A stretch of DNA of 64,000 bases from Planctomycetota bacterium (GCA_050181465.1 JBFXDD010000005.1:125587-189586), one strand, 5' to 3'; shown: positions 38,812 to 48,116, counted from the stretch's first letter. Notes: generated from the letters alone by a model not told the origin. Numbers and translations: made by a program.

Positions 38812-40767
38812 TCAGGCGCCGCCGAGCATGCGCAGCGCGACGGCCTTCACCTGGTCGTCGGTGTCGGTTTCCGCGATGCGCTGAATCCGACTGCGGTCGA
38901 CGCCCTCCGAGCCGCGGCGCGCAAGCGTCGTGAGTGCCGTCTGGCGCACGAAGCTGTCGACATCCGTCTCTGCCGCCACGAGCAGGACTTCGACGACCGC
39001 GGGCTCGCTTCGCGTCGCGAGGCTGGTCAGTGCCGTGGCTCGCGCCATCGGTTCCCGATGGTCCCAGACGATCCGAACCAGTGACTCGAACGCATTGCTG
39101 CCCGCCACCTGGGCCAGCGCGCGGATTCCGGCGTCACGAACGTGCTCGCGCGGATCCTCGATCGCCTCGCGAGCTGCTTCCTCCAGCCCCGGCGCCTTGG
39201 CGTTCCCCATCGCATCCAGCCAAAGGTCTTCGGCATCGAGGTCCTTGGCTCGACCGCGCCAGGCCGCGATCGCCAAGGTCGCGTTGCCCTCCCCGGCAGT
39301 GGGGCCGGCATTTCGCCCTTCCATCGCACCCAGCGCGAGAACCGCGGTCGCGTCCGCCGGATCGACCGTCGTCAGTTGGCCGACGCGGCTCGCGACGCCG
39401 CTCAGAAGTTCCGCGGTCGGCGCGACCACATCGAACATCGCCGCGGCGGCGGCTCCACGCAGTTGCAAGGGTGCGGTGGCGTCGCCGTAGGTCGACAGCA
39501 TGGTCGACTGCGCCTCCGGCGTGCCGGCCTTCGCCAGCGCCGAGAGCATCAGCCCATGGAGTTTCGGATCGAGGGTGCCGTCGAGCAGCATGTGGCGGAT
39601 CGATTCGAGCGCCTGCGGGTCGAGCTTGACGAGCCAGCTCAGCTCCTCCCACCGCTCCATGAGTTCCCGCGAATCGTCGCGACCGGCGAGGAACTCCTCC
39701 ATCATCTCGCGGACCACGGTGCCGGCGTTCTTGCCGCGAAGCTTCGTGCGCCATTCTGCTTCGAGCGAGGCCGCGGCGACCGCGGCGGGGTCCTCGGTGT
39801 GACCCGACGCGCTGGCGAAGCTGTCGCCGAACGGATCGGCCGCGAGCTCTACCGCGACCTGCGCATGCGACACCAGCTCGAGAGTCGAGCGGTTCCCGAC
39901 GTGAAACTCCACCGGCATCATGTCGGTGCCGACGTGGGTGGTCTCGTCGAGTCGGGCGGCGACGAGCCAGCCGATCGAGTCGCCGTCGAATCGGGCGCGG
40001 GCCGAGCCGCTGGTGGTCACCTGCATGCGCTCGTGGTCACGCACCGCCGTGTAGCGCAGCTTCTCGCGCACGACCTCGAGCGGCGCGCCGTCGTTCGACT
40101 CGCGGCGGTACCTCGCTTCGAACTCACCGGCGGAATCGGCGCCGCTCGCCGACCACTCGCGTTGTTGGTCGTCGAACGCGACGAAGGCGAAGCCGCCGAC
40201 GATCCCGCGCACGAAGTCGCGCTGCGCACTGTCGAGCGAGCGCGGGAAGCGGTACCCGTGGATGCGCCCGTCGTTGTCCATCCGCACGAGGGTCGGCTCC
40301 TCGAACGCTGCGAGGTTGGCCGCCAGCTCGGTGGGCAACGTGCTGCCTTCCGGCAACTCGACCGCCAGATCGTCGCTCGTGACCGAAGCGAGGAGATCGC
40401 GGCCTTCGCGCGCCACGACCGTCACGCTCAGGTGGCCGCGTGTGACCAGGTTCGTGCTCTCTCGCCGGGGCGAGCCACCTTCGTCCTTGCCTTCGGTGGT
40501 CAACTCGATCCGCGAGTCGAGCGCGAACACCAAACGGGTGCCGACCGGTGCCCAGCAGACGCCGTCGCGGACGACCGCTGACTCGCGGTCGCCGGCGGCA
40601 ACCCCCGCACCCGCGTGCGCGGCGCCGAGTTCGGTTCGAACGAGGTTCGTCTCGACCGTGGCGGGAGCTGCGGGAGTCCCGGCACTCGTCCAAAGGAGCG
40701 TCCCGGTCAGGGCCAGGGGAGCGAGCAGAGCGAGCAGGGCGGCGTGTGGGCGCTTCATCGGTTTCAC
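38812..40767 (-). CDS. Secreted protein with C-terminal HEAT/armadillo-like repeats
   Basis: Signal peptide (RPHAALLALLAPLALTGTLLW). The C-terminal third has HEAT-like repeats (HVRDAGIRALAQV, MARATALTSLATR, FVRQTALTTLARR, VKAVALRMLG). Confidence 0.45.
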   Translation of the reverse strand: MKPMKRPHAALLALLAPLALTGTLLWTSAGTPAAPATVETNLVRTELGAAHAGAGVAAGDRESAVVRDGVCWAPVGTRLVFALDSRIELTTEGKDEGGSPRRESTNLVTRGHLSVTVVAREGRDLLASVTSDDLAVELPEGSTLPTELAANLAAFEEPTLVRMDNDGRIHGYRFPRSLDSAQRDFVRGIVGGFAFVAFDDQQREWSASGADSAGEFEARYRRESNDGAPLEVVREKLRYTAVRDHERMQVTTSGSARARFDGDSIGWLVAARLDETTHVGTDMMPVEFHVGNRSTLELVSHAQVAVELAADPFGDSFASASGHTEDPAAVAAASLEAEWRTKLRGKNAGTVVREMMEEFLAGRDDSRELMERWEELSWLVKLDPQALESIRHMLLDGTLDPKLHGLMLSALAKAGTPEAQSTMLSTYGDATAPLQLRGAAAAAMFDVVAPTAELLSGVASRVGQLTTVDPADATAVLALGAMEGRNAGPTAGEGNATLAIAAWRGRAKDLDAEDLWLDAMGNAKAPGLEEAAREAIEDPREHVRDAGIRALAQVAGSNAFESLVRIVWDHREPMARATALTSLATRSEPAVVEVLLVAAETDVDSFVRQTALTTLARRGSEGVDRSRIQRIAETDTDDQVKAVALRMLGGA

Positions 40768-40907
40768 CTTGTGGTCTTGGGTTCTGCCGACACGAGTCCC
40801 GTCGCCAAGGCCGGCGTTCGCCGCGACTGCCAGAAAAACGCGAAGACCGCAGCCCTCTTCGAGGGCCGCGGTCGTGGGCGGGTCGGTGGTGCGTGCGCCG
40901 CGATCGC

Positions 40908-41780
40908 TCAGAACAAGATGTTGAAGAGGGTGATCGGGCTGGAGGACCAGTTGACCAGGTTCACCGTGAAGCGGCGGATGACCGCGACCCAGACGTCCAG
41001 GCGCAGCGCGATGGCCTGGATGGTCAGCGGCACGCTGCCCGACACGGTTGCGGATCGCGGTCCGACACCGCCGTTCTGCAAGGGGTTACGAGCGTCGGCG
41101 GTCATGCTCGGGCTGAGCCGGGTGTTGGCGAAGGTTGCGGTGAAGTCCGCACCCGCACCGAACCAGGACCAACCGGCCTGGGCCCGGACTCGGCCGTAAC
41201 CCCAGACTCGACCGAGCGCACCGAGACGGGCGTAGCCGGTGCCGCTCAGCGTGCAGTTCGCGTTCGCCTCGCAACCCACACCCAGGTTGCCGCTGACCGA
41301 GACCGGGTAGCCGTAGACCGACACCTCGATGCGCGGGTCGGTCGGGAAGAGGTCGAAGCTGCGGTAGTAGGACAGGAAGTTGTGCGTGCCCGCGGTCGTG
41401 AAGCGCTGGTTGCGCTCCGTCACCCCTCGGATCATCAGGTTGAAGCGGCCCTCGTAGGGAGTGGTGCTGTTGTTCTGCGCCCGCGCCGACATCACGCCGT
41501 AGGCGAGCACCAAGCGCGGCTGCTTGAGGTAGCGCACCGAGGCGTCCATCGACAGGAGGTCGTAGGCGTAGTCGTTGGTGCGGAAGGTGACGCCGTCGCG
41601 CAGGGTTCGGCTCGCATACATCGAGGCGCCGGCGAAGACGTTGCCGCCCATCCACTCGTTGCCGAGGTTGAGCGAGTAGTAGCCGGAGCGCTGGGCGGTC
41701 TGGGCTTCGGTTTGGGCGGTCGGGACGAGGAGGGCGGCCAGGAGGGAGGCGGCGGCGAACAGGTTCGTGCGGAAGTTCAT
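40908..41780 (-). CDS. Secreted protein, probable small outer-membrane beta-barrel
   Basis: Start at ATG 41780 (MNFRTNLFAAASLLAALLVPTAQTEAQ signal). It has alternating-pattern strands and a C-terminal aromatic residue (...ITLFNILF). The tracked ORF extends far upstream, but that extension is antisense to the sigma gene and is not credible. Confidence 0.4.
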   Translation of the reverse strand: MNFRTNLFAAASLLAALLVPTAQTEAQTAQRSGYYSLNLGNEWMGGNVFAGASMYASRTLRDGVTFRTNDYAYDLLSMDASVRYLKQPRLVLAYGVMSARAQNNSTTPYEGRFNLMIRGVTERNQRFTTAGTHNFLSYYRSFDLFPTDPRIEVSVYGYPVSVSGNLGVGCEANANCTLSGTGYARLGALGRVWGYGRVRAQAGWSWFGAGADFTATFANTRLSPSMTADARNPLQNGGVGPRSATVSGSVPLTIQAIALRLDVWVAVIRRFTVNLVNWSSSPITLFNILF

Positions 41781-41945
41781 GACAGGTTTCCTTTCGTTTC
41801 TTCTTGGTTGGGAGGTCGTTCGGCACACTCGTGCCGTTCTGCCTCCACGAGTCCCGCTGCCGCCGCTCGCGTTCGCGCCGCCTTCGAAAATTCCGTCGGC
41901 TACACTGGGCGACCATCGCCGCGAGTTTTTCCTGCCGCCGCCCAA

Positions 41946-42545
41946 ATGGACCTCCGCTCGACGATCTCCGCCGCCGCCGCGGGCGACCCCGAGGCGCTCA
42001 ACCTGTTGTTCGCGCGCAACCTGCCGGTCCTCGAAGCATTCATCCGCATGCGGGTGGGTCGGAAGGTGGGCCAGCGCGAGTCGGTTCGGGACATCGCGCA
42101 GTCGGTCTGTCGCGAGGTGGTCGCGGATCTCCCCGGCATGGAGATCCGTGGTGAGAAGGAGTTCCGCAACTGGCTGTTCTTGGAGGCCGGTCGCAAGATC
42201 CTGAAGAAGGCGCGCTTTCATGGCCAAGAGCGGCGCGACGTCGGCCGCGAGGCGGCGGCGCTCGACCCCGAGGATGCCGCGACGCTGCACGCGGCCTATG
42301 CGAGCTTTCTGACGCCGAGCCAGATCGTCGACGCTCGAGACGAGGTCGCCGCGGTCGAGAGTGCCATCGCCGGCCTGCCCGAGCAGCAGCGCGACGCGAT
42401 CACCCTCACGAGGCTGATGGGTTTGTCGACCGCCGACGCCGCCAAGGAAATCGGTGTGAGCGAGTCTGCCGTGCGCGGCCTGATTGCGCGCGGCCTGGCG
42501 CGCATCGCCGCGATCCGCGCAGAACGTGGTCGAGCCGACGCATAG
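41946..42545 (+). CDS. ECF-type RNA polymerase sigma factor
   Basis: Start at ATG 41946 (MDLRSTISAAAAGDPEALNLLFARNLPVLEAFIRMRVG). Sigma4 is LPEQQRDAITLTRLMGLSTADAAKEIGVSESAVRGLIARGLARI. Only the last 199 codons of the 665-aa tracked ORF are credible. Confidence 0.8.
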   Translation: MDLRSTISAAAAGDPEALNLLFARNLPVLEAFIRMRVGRKVGQRESVRDIAQSVCREVVADLPGMEIRGEKEFRNWLFLEAGRKILKKARFHGQERRDVGREAAALDPEDAATLHAAYASFLTPSQIVDARDEVAAVESAIAGLPEQQRDAITLTRLMGLSTADAAKEIGVSESAVRGLIARGLARIAAIRAERGRADA

Positions 42546-42551
42546 TCCGAG

Positions 42552-45500
42552 CTATCGCGCAGCGTTCAGGGCGAGCTGCGCACGTTCGATGCGCCGATCG
42601 AGAACCGCATCGACGCGCAGTGCAGGGCAAATCTCGCGCAATCGCTCGACGACGGACTCGAGCTCGGTCTTGGCGTTTGCTTCGCCGACGCGCAGCGCCG
42701 CAAGCCCGGTCAGGAGTTGCAGCTCGAGGCGGTCGCGAAGTGCTGGGGACGGTGTCGCGGGATCGACCGCGTCCGCGACGGTTGGAGCGCCACGCACTCG
42801 ATCGAGTGCTCGGCGCAGTCCCGCTTCCTCGTCGAGGGCGAGCGCTTCGAGCAAGGTGAGTTCGAGCAGAACCGGATCGTCGCTGGCTTCGTCGACCGGA
42901 TCCGTCCCTCGCAACGACCGCTGGACCGAGGTCAGCCGCGGCAGATCGCCGATCTCCGCGGCGGCGATCGCCTCCAGGTGAAGCATCGTGCGCACGTAGG
43001 TGGCCTGGTCGGCATGCCCCAAGAGCTCTGCCAGGGAGGAGCCGAGTGCGTCTCGAGTGCGGCTGACGAGATCGAGCGCCGCGCGCGCGTTTCCGCGGTC
43101 GAGTTCGACTCCCGCCCTCACCGATCCGGCGACAACGAGGTCGCCCGCCCGCTCGAAGTTGCCGCGTGCGCCGTTCCACGAGTCCATTGCGCGCCGCATT
43201 GCTTCCTCGGCGAGCGCCTCTGCTTCGGCCGTGCGTTCGTCGCCGCGCTCGACGTCGGCCAAGTTGGTGAGGAAGTTGATCAGGAGTCCGCCGCTCGCCG
43301 GCAGTCCCTTGCGGGCGAGTTCGAGCGCGCGGGACAGGTGACGTCGCGCCTCGGCGAGATCTCTCCGCAGCCCGCGCTCCGCCAGGGCATGGCCGAGATT
43401 GCCGGTGAGCATCATGAACGAGCGCTGTGCTGCCCCATCGCCCGGGAACTCCATGGCGACCGCGAAGGCCGCCTCCACCGCGTCGCGGAAGGCGTCGATC
43501 ACCTGATCGTCGATTGCCTCGGTGGCCATGAAGATCGCGAGTTCGCTGGTCGCCGTCGCCTTCATCGCGCGGTACAGCGGGACTTCGGGGTGATCGCGGC
43601 AGAGGCCGTCGACGGCGGCGACTTGGGCGCGACCGGCGGCGATCGCTTCCGCGGAGCGACCCGATCGATAATCGAGGTGACCCTGGAACCGATGCAACTC
43701 GACTGCGGCTTCGCGGAGGTCGAGGTCGATCTCCTGGTTCAGGTCGAAAGCGGCCAGCGCTTGCCGGCCGAGTTCCAATGCTGCGTGCGCACGTTCGGGG
43801 TCTCGCCGCATCAACTCGCAGCCGGCGATTCCGACCTGCTGGATCGCGCGCATGCGCTCGACCCAGCGTAGTTCATGGTTTGCCCCCTTCAATCGATCGA
43901 GCAACTGTGAGCACTCGCTCCAGCGCTCGATCGCCAGGTCCGGGTTTCGCTTGCGCTGGAGCATCGCGGCGTTGTGCAGAGCTGCTGCCAAGTCGCGCTG
44001 GGCGCCGGGGTCGGTCGGACTTGCTGCGACCACGGCGCGGCGGTCGGCGATCGCCAGCGCGAAAGCCGCCTCTGCATTCGCTTCGTCGCCGTCGGCGTTG
44101 GCGACCTGGGCGAGAACGTCGTGCGCAGCGGCGCGCTCGGCCATCGCGCGAGGTTCGCTCACGACCACGCTCGTCAGTTCGGCGATCGCGGTAGTGGCGT
44201 GCGCCTTGGCCGCGGTCGTGTTGCCGAGCGTGAACTCGAGACGCGCGAGCACGACACTCGCTGTCGCCGCTTGGAAGCGCGCGCGCAGATCGTCGCGGCG
44301 ATCCTCACGAAGGCGGCCGTAGAACGAGATCGCGTCTTCGAGGATGGCACGTCGAACCTTGTCCGTGCGCGGCACACTCTCCAGCCGAGCGTCGCCGACC
44401 CGCTGAAGCAGCACATCGACCGCTTCCAGAGCACTCGCGAAGTCGCGTTCCGCAGCATCGCGCGCCGTGCGTTCGGCATCGAGTGCGAGTCGTGCGGTGG
44501 TCGCGGCGTCGTTCGCGCGCCTGGCGAAGACGACGCTGACGATCAGCCCGGCGATGAGTGCGATCACGACCGCCGCCGCTGCCCCGACCTCCAGGCGATG
44601 GCGACGCAGGAAGCGCGCCAAGCGATAGCGCCGACTCGGCGGCCCGGCCGAGACCGGCTCATTGGCGAGGTAGCGCCGAAGGTCGGCAGCGAACTCGTGC
44701 ACCGTCGGATACCGACGTTCGCGATCCTTCGCGAGTGCCATCATGCAGATGTGATCGAGATCACCGCGCAATGCGCGCATGAGTTCGCGAGTCTCGTTCG
44801 TGCGCTCGACTCCCTTGGTGCCGCCCCTCGACAGCCGAGTGGACAGGCGACGACTCGGGGTCGGGGGTTCCTCTTCGTTGAGGATCCGATGCAGGCGATC
44901 CGGATCTCCACGCAGTCTCTCCGATGGGAACGGAAGCTCGCCGGTCAACAGCTCGTAGAGGATCACGCCCAACGACCAGACGTCGGTGCGGAGATCGATG
45001 TCGAGTGCGTCGCGACCGGCCTGCTCCGGGCTCATGTATTCCGGTGTGCCCAGAACCACTCCCATCATCGTGTGCAGCGTGGCATTGCCGATCCGATGAT
45101 CCATCGCCTTGGCGATCCCGAAGTCGATGATCTTCGGGATCGGACGACCGTCACTCTCCGCCACCAAGATGTTGGACGGCTTGAGGTCGCGATGGATGAT
45201 GCCTTTCTGGTGCGCGTGTTGCACACCGTCGCAGACGTCGAGAAGCAGGTCGATGCGCGCCTTAGCGGGCATGGACCTACGTTCGCAGTAGTCGGTGAGC
45301 GGCAGACCTGCGACGTGTTCCATCGCGAACCACGGGCGACCATCCGCGGTCGAGCCGGCGTCGAACACCTTGCAGATCGACGGATGGTTCATCACCGCGA
45401 GCGCCTGCTTCTCGATGGCGAAGCGGGTCAGCACCTCGTGGGTGTCCACCCCGCGCTTCACCAATTTGATCGCGACCTTGCGGCGGACCGGCTCGCGCTG

Positions 45501-45752
45501 TTCGGCGAGATAGACCGCACCCATTCCACCGCGGCCGAGCGGCTCGAGGATGCGGTAGGGGCCGATCGTGGTGGGGTGATCGTCGATCAACCCGGTGCTC
45601 GATAGATCTTCGAGTCGCCGACGCGCTTCCTTTGCGAGATCAGGGTGTGCCGCCAGCAGCCGCTCGACCTCGCCGTAATCACCTTCGGCATGCGCGAGGA
45701 TGCAGCGGGCGACGAGTTCGTCCAGGTCGATGATCGGGTCTGGGTCGTTCAT
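42552..45752 (-). CDS. Ser/Thr protein kinase with a transmembrane helix and ~640-aa C-terminal TPR-like region
   Basis: Start at ATG 45752 (MNDPDP). Kinase motifs are GRGGMGAVYLA, VAIKLVK, HRDLKPSNILV, DFGIAK and GTPEYMSPEQ. These are followed by the TM helix VGAAAAVVIALIAGLIVSVVF and then helical repeats. Confidence 0.9.
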   Translation of the reverse strand: MNDPDPIIDLDELVARCILAHAEGDYGEVERLLAAHPDLAKEARRRLEDLSSTGLIDDHPTTIGPYRILEPLGRGGMGAVYLAEQREPVRRKVAIKLVKRGVDTHEVLTRFAIEKQALAVMNHPSICKVFDAGSTADGRPWFAMEHVAGLPLTDYCERRSMPAKARIDLLLDVCDGVQHAHQKGIIHRDLKPSNILVAESDGRPIPKIIDFGIAKAMDHRIGNATLHTMMGVVLGTPEYMSPEQAGRDALDIDLRTDVWSLGVILYELLTGELPFPSERLRGDPDRLHRILNEEEPPTPSRRLSTRLSRGGTKGVERTNETRELMRALRGDLDHICMMALAKDRERRYPTVHEFAADLRRYLANEPVSAGPPSRRYRLARFLRRHRLEVGAAAAVVIALIAGLIVSVVFARRANDAATTARLALDAERTARDAAERDFASALEAVDVLLQRVGDARLESVPRTDKVRRAILEDAISFYGRLREDRRDDLRARFQAATASVVLARLEFTLGNTTAAKAHATTAIAELTSVVVSEPRAMAERAAAHDVLAQVANADGDEANAEAAFALAIADRRAVVAASPTDPGAQRDLAAALHNAAMLQRKRNPDLAIERWSECSQLLDRLKGANHELRWVERMRAIQQVGIAGCELMRRDPERAHAALELGRQALAAFDLNQEIDLDLREAAVELHRFQGHLDYRSGRSAEAIAAGRAQVAAVDGLCRDHPEVPLYRAMKATATSELAIFMATEAIDDQVIDAFRDAVEAAFAVAMEFPGDGAAQRSFMMLTGNLGHALAERGLRRDLAEARRHLSRALELARKGLPASGGLLINFLTNLADVERGDERTAEAEALAEEAMRRAMDSWNGARGNFERAGDLVVAGSVRAGVELDRGNARAALDLVSRTRDALGSSLAELLGHADQATYVRTMLHLEAIAAAEIGDLPRLTSVQRSLRGTDPVDEASDDPVLLELTLLEALALDEEAGLRRALDRVRGAPTVADAVDPATPSPALRDRLELQLLTGLAALRVGEANAKTELESVVERLREICPALRVDAVLDRRIERAQLALNAAR

Positions 45753-45816
45753 GCCGGGGCTGCGGGGTGGCGTATTCGAGCGTGGGGAGTGTCGCTCTGT
45801 CCATCTTCGCCACCGA

Positions 45817-47733
45817 GTGTTACACCAACCGGCCGTGAGCGAGCCGAACAGCCATTCCACGCCGACCGATCCGCGGGTGACTGCTGCTCTGCAGCGATGG
45901 TTCGGCTTCGACACGTTGCGACCGCTGCAGAGCGAGGCGATCGCTGCCGCACTGGATCGCCGCGATGCGCTCGTCGTGCTCCCAACCGGCGGTGGCAAGT
46001 CGCTGTGCTATCAACTTCCGCCGTTGATCCACGGGCGCCTGACCCTGGTCGTCTCACCGCTGATCGCCCTGATGCAGGATCAGGTGGACGGTCTGCGCCT
46101 GGCCGGCTATCCCGCTGCCGCATTGCATTCGGCGGCGACACCCGCGGATCGGGCACGCACCCGCGAAGCGATCGCCGACGGCAGCCTGCGCCTCCTGTTC
46201 CTCTCGCCGGAGCGACTGTTCACCGGCGACACCGTGGAGTGGATCGCGGGACTCGGCGTCGGCGCCATCGCGATCGACGAGGCGCACTGCATCAGCCAAT
46301 GGGGCCATGACTTCCGCCCCGAGTATCGTCGCCTGCGGGAGATTCGCCGGCACCTGCCCGAGGTCCCGTTCCACGCCTACACGGCAACCGCAACCCCGCG
46401 CGTGCGCGCGGACATCATCGAGCAACTGGGGCTGCGCGACCCGCGCGTGCTCATCGGCACCTTCGACCGTCCCAACCTCACGTATCGCGTGCACCCTCGC
46501 GTCGATCGCGATCGGCAGGTGGCGGACGCAGTGGCGCGGCATCCCGATGCGGCGTCGATCGTCTATTGCATCTCTCGCGCGGACACCGAGAAGGTCGCGG
46601 AAACGCTGCGAGATCGCGGAATCCAAGCGCGTGCGTATCACGCCGGTTTGGACAACGAAGAGCGGACGAAGATCAGTGAGGACTTCCGTGCGGAACGGCT
46701 GCCGGTCGTCGTCGCAACCGTCGCATTCGGTATGGGGATCGATCGCGGCGACGTGCGGCTCGTGGTGCACGCGGCGATGCCCAAGAGCATCGAGCACTAT
46801 CAGCAGGAGACCGGCCGTGCCGGTCGCGACGGGCTGGAGGCAGAGTGTCTGCTCCTCTACTCCGGCGGTGATGCGGCGAAGTGGCGGAGCCTGATGGAGC
46901 GCAACGCGGTCGAGTTCGGCGCCAGCGACGACTCGCTGCGCGCGCAGGTCGAACTGCTGGCGCACATGCACCGCTTCGCGAGCGGTGCGCGTTGTCGGCA
47001 CCGTGCGCTGAGTGAATACTTTGGCCAGGATTTCGGCGACGGCAACTGCGGGGCGTGCGACGTCTGCCTGGGCGAATATCTCCCCGTCGCGGATGCGCAT
47101 GTCACGGCGCAGAAGATCCTCTCGGCGGTCGCGCGCACCGGCGAGCGGTTCGGCGCCAAACACGTGATCGATGTTCTACGCGGCAGTCGAGCCGAGCGTG
47201 TCATCGAGCGGGGCCATGACAAGCTGAGCACCTTCGGTTTGTTGGCTGCCATGGACGGTCGCACGATCGGCAACTTCATCGACCAGCTCGTCGATGCCGG
47301 CGATCTCGGGCGCACCGAGGGCGAGTATCCCACGCTCTATCTCACTGCGGGCTCGCGGGATCTCTTGGCGAGTCGGCGGGAAGCGACGCTGGTCCAGCCG
47401 AAGGTGAACGTGACCCGTGCCTCTCCGCGATCGCGCGCGACGTCGGCGCGCGGCGGTGCGAGTGCGCGGGCGACCGATGCGACGGATCGGCCCCTCGACA
47501 ACACCGAGGAGGCATTGTTTCAGGCCCTGCGTGCCCTTCGTCGAGACGTCGCCCGCGAGCTCTCGCTGCCGCCCTACATGGTGTTCAGCGACGTCACGCT
47601 GGAGGACATGGCGCGTCGCCGTCCCGCGACGCTCAGCGAGATGCTGGCAGTCAAGGGTGTCGGCCAGAAGAAGCTCGACAGCTTCGGTCAGCGGTTCCTC
47701 GATCTGCTCAACGGTCGGGGCGCGTCGGGTTGA
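45817..47733 (+). CDS. recQ: ATP-dependent DNA helicase RecQ
   Basis: Contains FGFDTLRPLQSEAI, PTGGGKSLCYQLP, DEAHCISQWGHDFRPEY, the zinc-binding cysteines (CRHRALSEYFG...CGACDVC) and a C-terminal HRDC domain (LFQALRALRRDVARELSLPPYMVFSDVTL). The start is uncertain: GTG 45817 was chosen because ATG 45700/45751 would overlap the divergent kinase start. Confidence 0.9.
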   Translation: MLHQPAVSEPNSHSTPTDPRVTAALQRWFGFDTLRPLQSEAIAAALDRRDALVVLPTGGGKSLCYQLPPLIHGRLTLVVSPLIALMQDQVDGLRLAGYPAAALHSAATPADRARTREAIADGSLRLLFLSPERLFTGDTVEWIAGLGVGAIAIDEAHCISQWGHDFRPEYRRLREIRRHLPEVPFHAYTATATPRVRADIIEQLGLRDPRVLIGTFDRPNLTYRVHPRVDRDRQVADAVARHPDAASIVYCISRADTEKVAETLRDRGIQARAYHAGLDNEERTKISEDFRAERLPVVVATVAFGMGIDRGDVRLVVHAAMPKSIEHYQQETGRAGRDGLEAECLLLYSGGDAAKWRSLMERNAVEFGASDDSLRAQVELLAHMHRFASGARCRHRALSEYFGQDFGDGNCGACDVCLGEYLPVADAHVTAQKILSAVARTGERFGAKHVIDVLRGSRAERVIERGHDKLSTFGLLAAMDGRTIGNFIDQLVDAGDLGRTEGEYPTLYLTAGSRDLLASRREATLVQPKVNVTRASPRSRATSARGGASARATDATDRPLDNTEEALFQALRALRRDVARELSLPPYMVFSDVTLEDMARRRPATLSEMLAVKGVGQKKLDSFGQRFLDLLNGRGASG

Positions 47734-47757
47734 GGGGTGTTCCCGAGGTCAGCAGCC

Positions 47758-47941
47758 CTAGCCCGAACTATTCGCGAACGTCGTCGCGAGATCGACACAG
47801 GTCGATGCCTGCCAAGGAGCTACGACGGTCCACGACCGAAGCGTAGCCGCAGCTACGCGGCCAGGGAGGAGCCGTCGTTGCGACGCAGCTCGGCGCGAGT
47901 TGTGGCGATCGCAGGAGACGTTCACGAGTAATCCGGGCTGG
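47758..47941 (+). repeat. Nested-palindrome intergenic element, long form (copy C)
   Basis: The sequence runs CTAGCCCGAACTATTCGCGAACGTCGTCGCGAGATCGACACAGGTCGATGCC...GCGTAGCCGCAGCTACGC...GCGCGAGTTGTGGCGATCGCAGGAGACGTTCACGAGTAATCCGGGCTGG. It has the same ends and core as the short form plus a ~90-bp internal module. Confidence 0.9.
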
Positions 47942-47984
47942 CCCGTTGCTCACCGGTTCTTGCCCATCGGTGGACTCGACGCCG

Positions 47985-48005
47985 CGTGAATGATCATCAT
48001 TCACG
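47985..48005. repeat. Perfect 9-bp-stem hairpin between repeat copies C and D
   Basis: CGTGAATGA-TCA-TCATTCACG was read directly from the sequence. The stem shares the CGTGAA/TTCACG motif of the repeat-family arms. Confidence 0.8.
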
Positions 48006-48020
48006 TCATGAATGGATTTC

Positions 48021-48116
48021 TTAGCGCGGACGACTCTTGAACGTCGTCGCGAGATCGACGCAGCCGGGCGCGAGTTGTGGCGATCACAGCAGACGTTCAC
48101 GAGTCGTCCGGGCTGG
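48021..48116 (+). repeat. Nested-palindrome intergenic element, short form (copy D)
   Basis: Sequence TTAGCGCGGACGACTCTTGAACGTCGTCGCGAGATCGACGCAGCCGGGCGCGAGTTGTGGCGATCACAGCAGACGTTCACGAGTCGTCCGGGCTGG. The arm variant GGACGAC...GTCGTCC changes on both sides, which is compensatory. Confidence 0.92.

Noticed and set aside
40548-41945. The 665-aa tracked ORF 40548-42545 as one large protein.
   Set aside because: Only the last 199 codons (from ATG 41946) form the ECF sigma factor. The upstream 466 codons are antisense to two confident minus-strand genes and are low-complexity.
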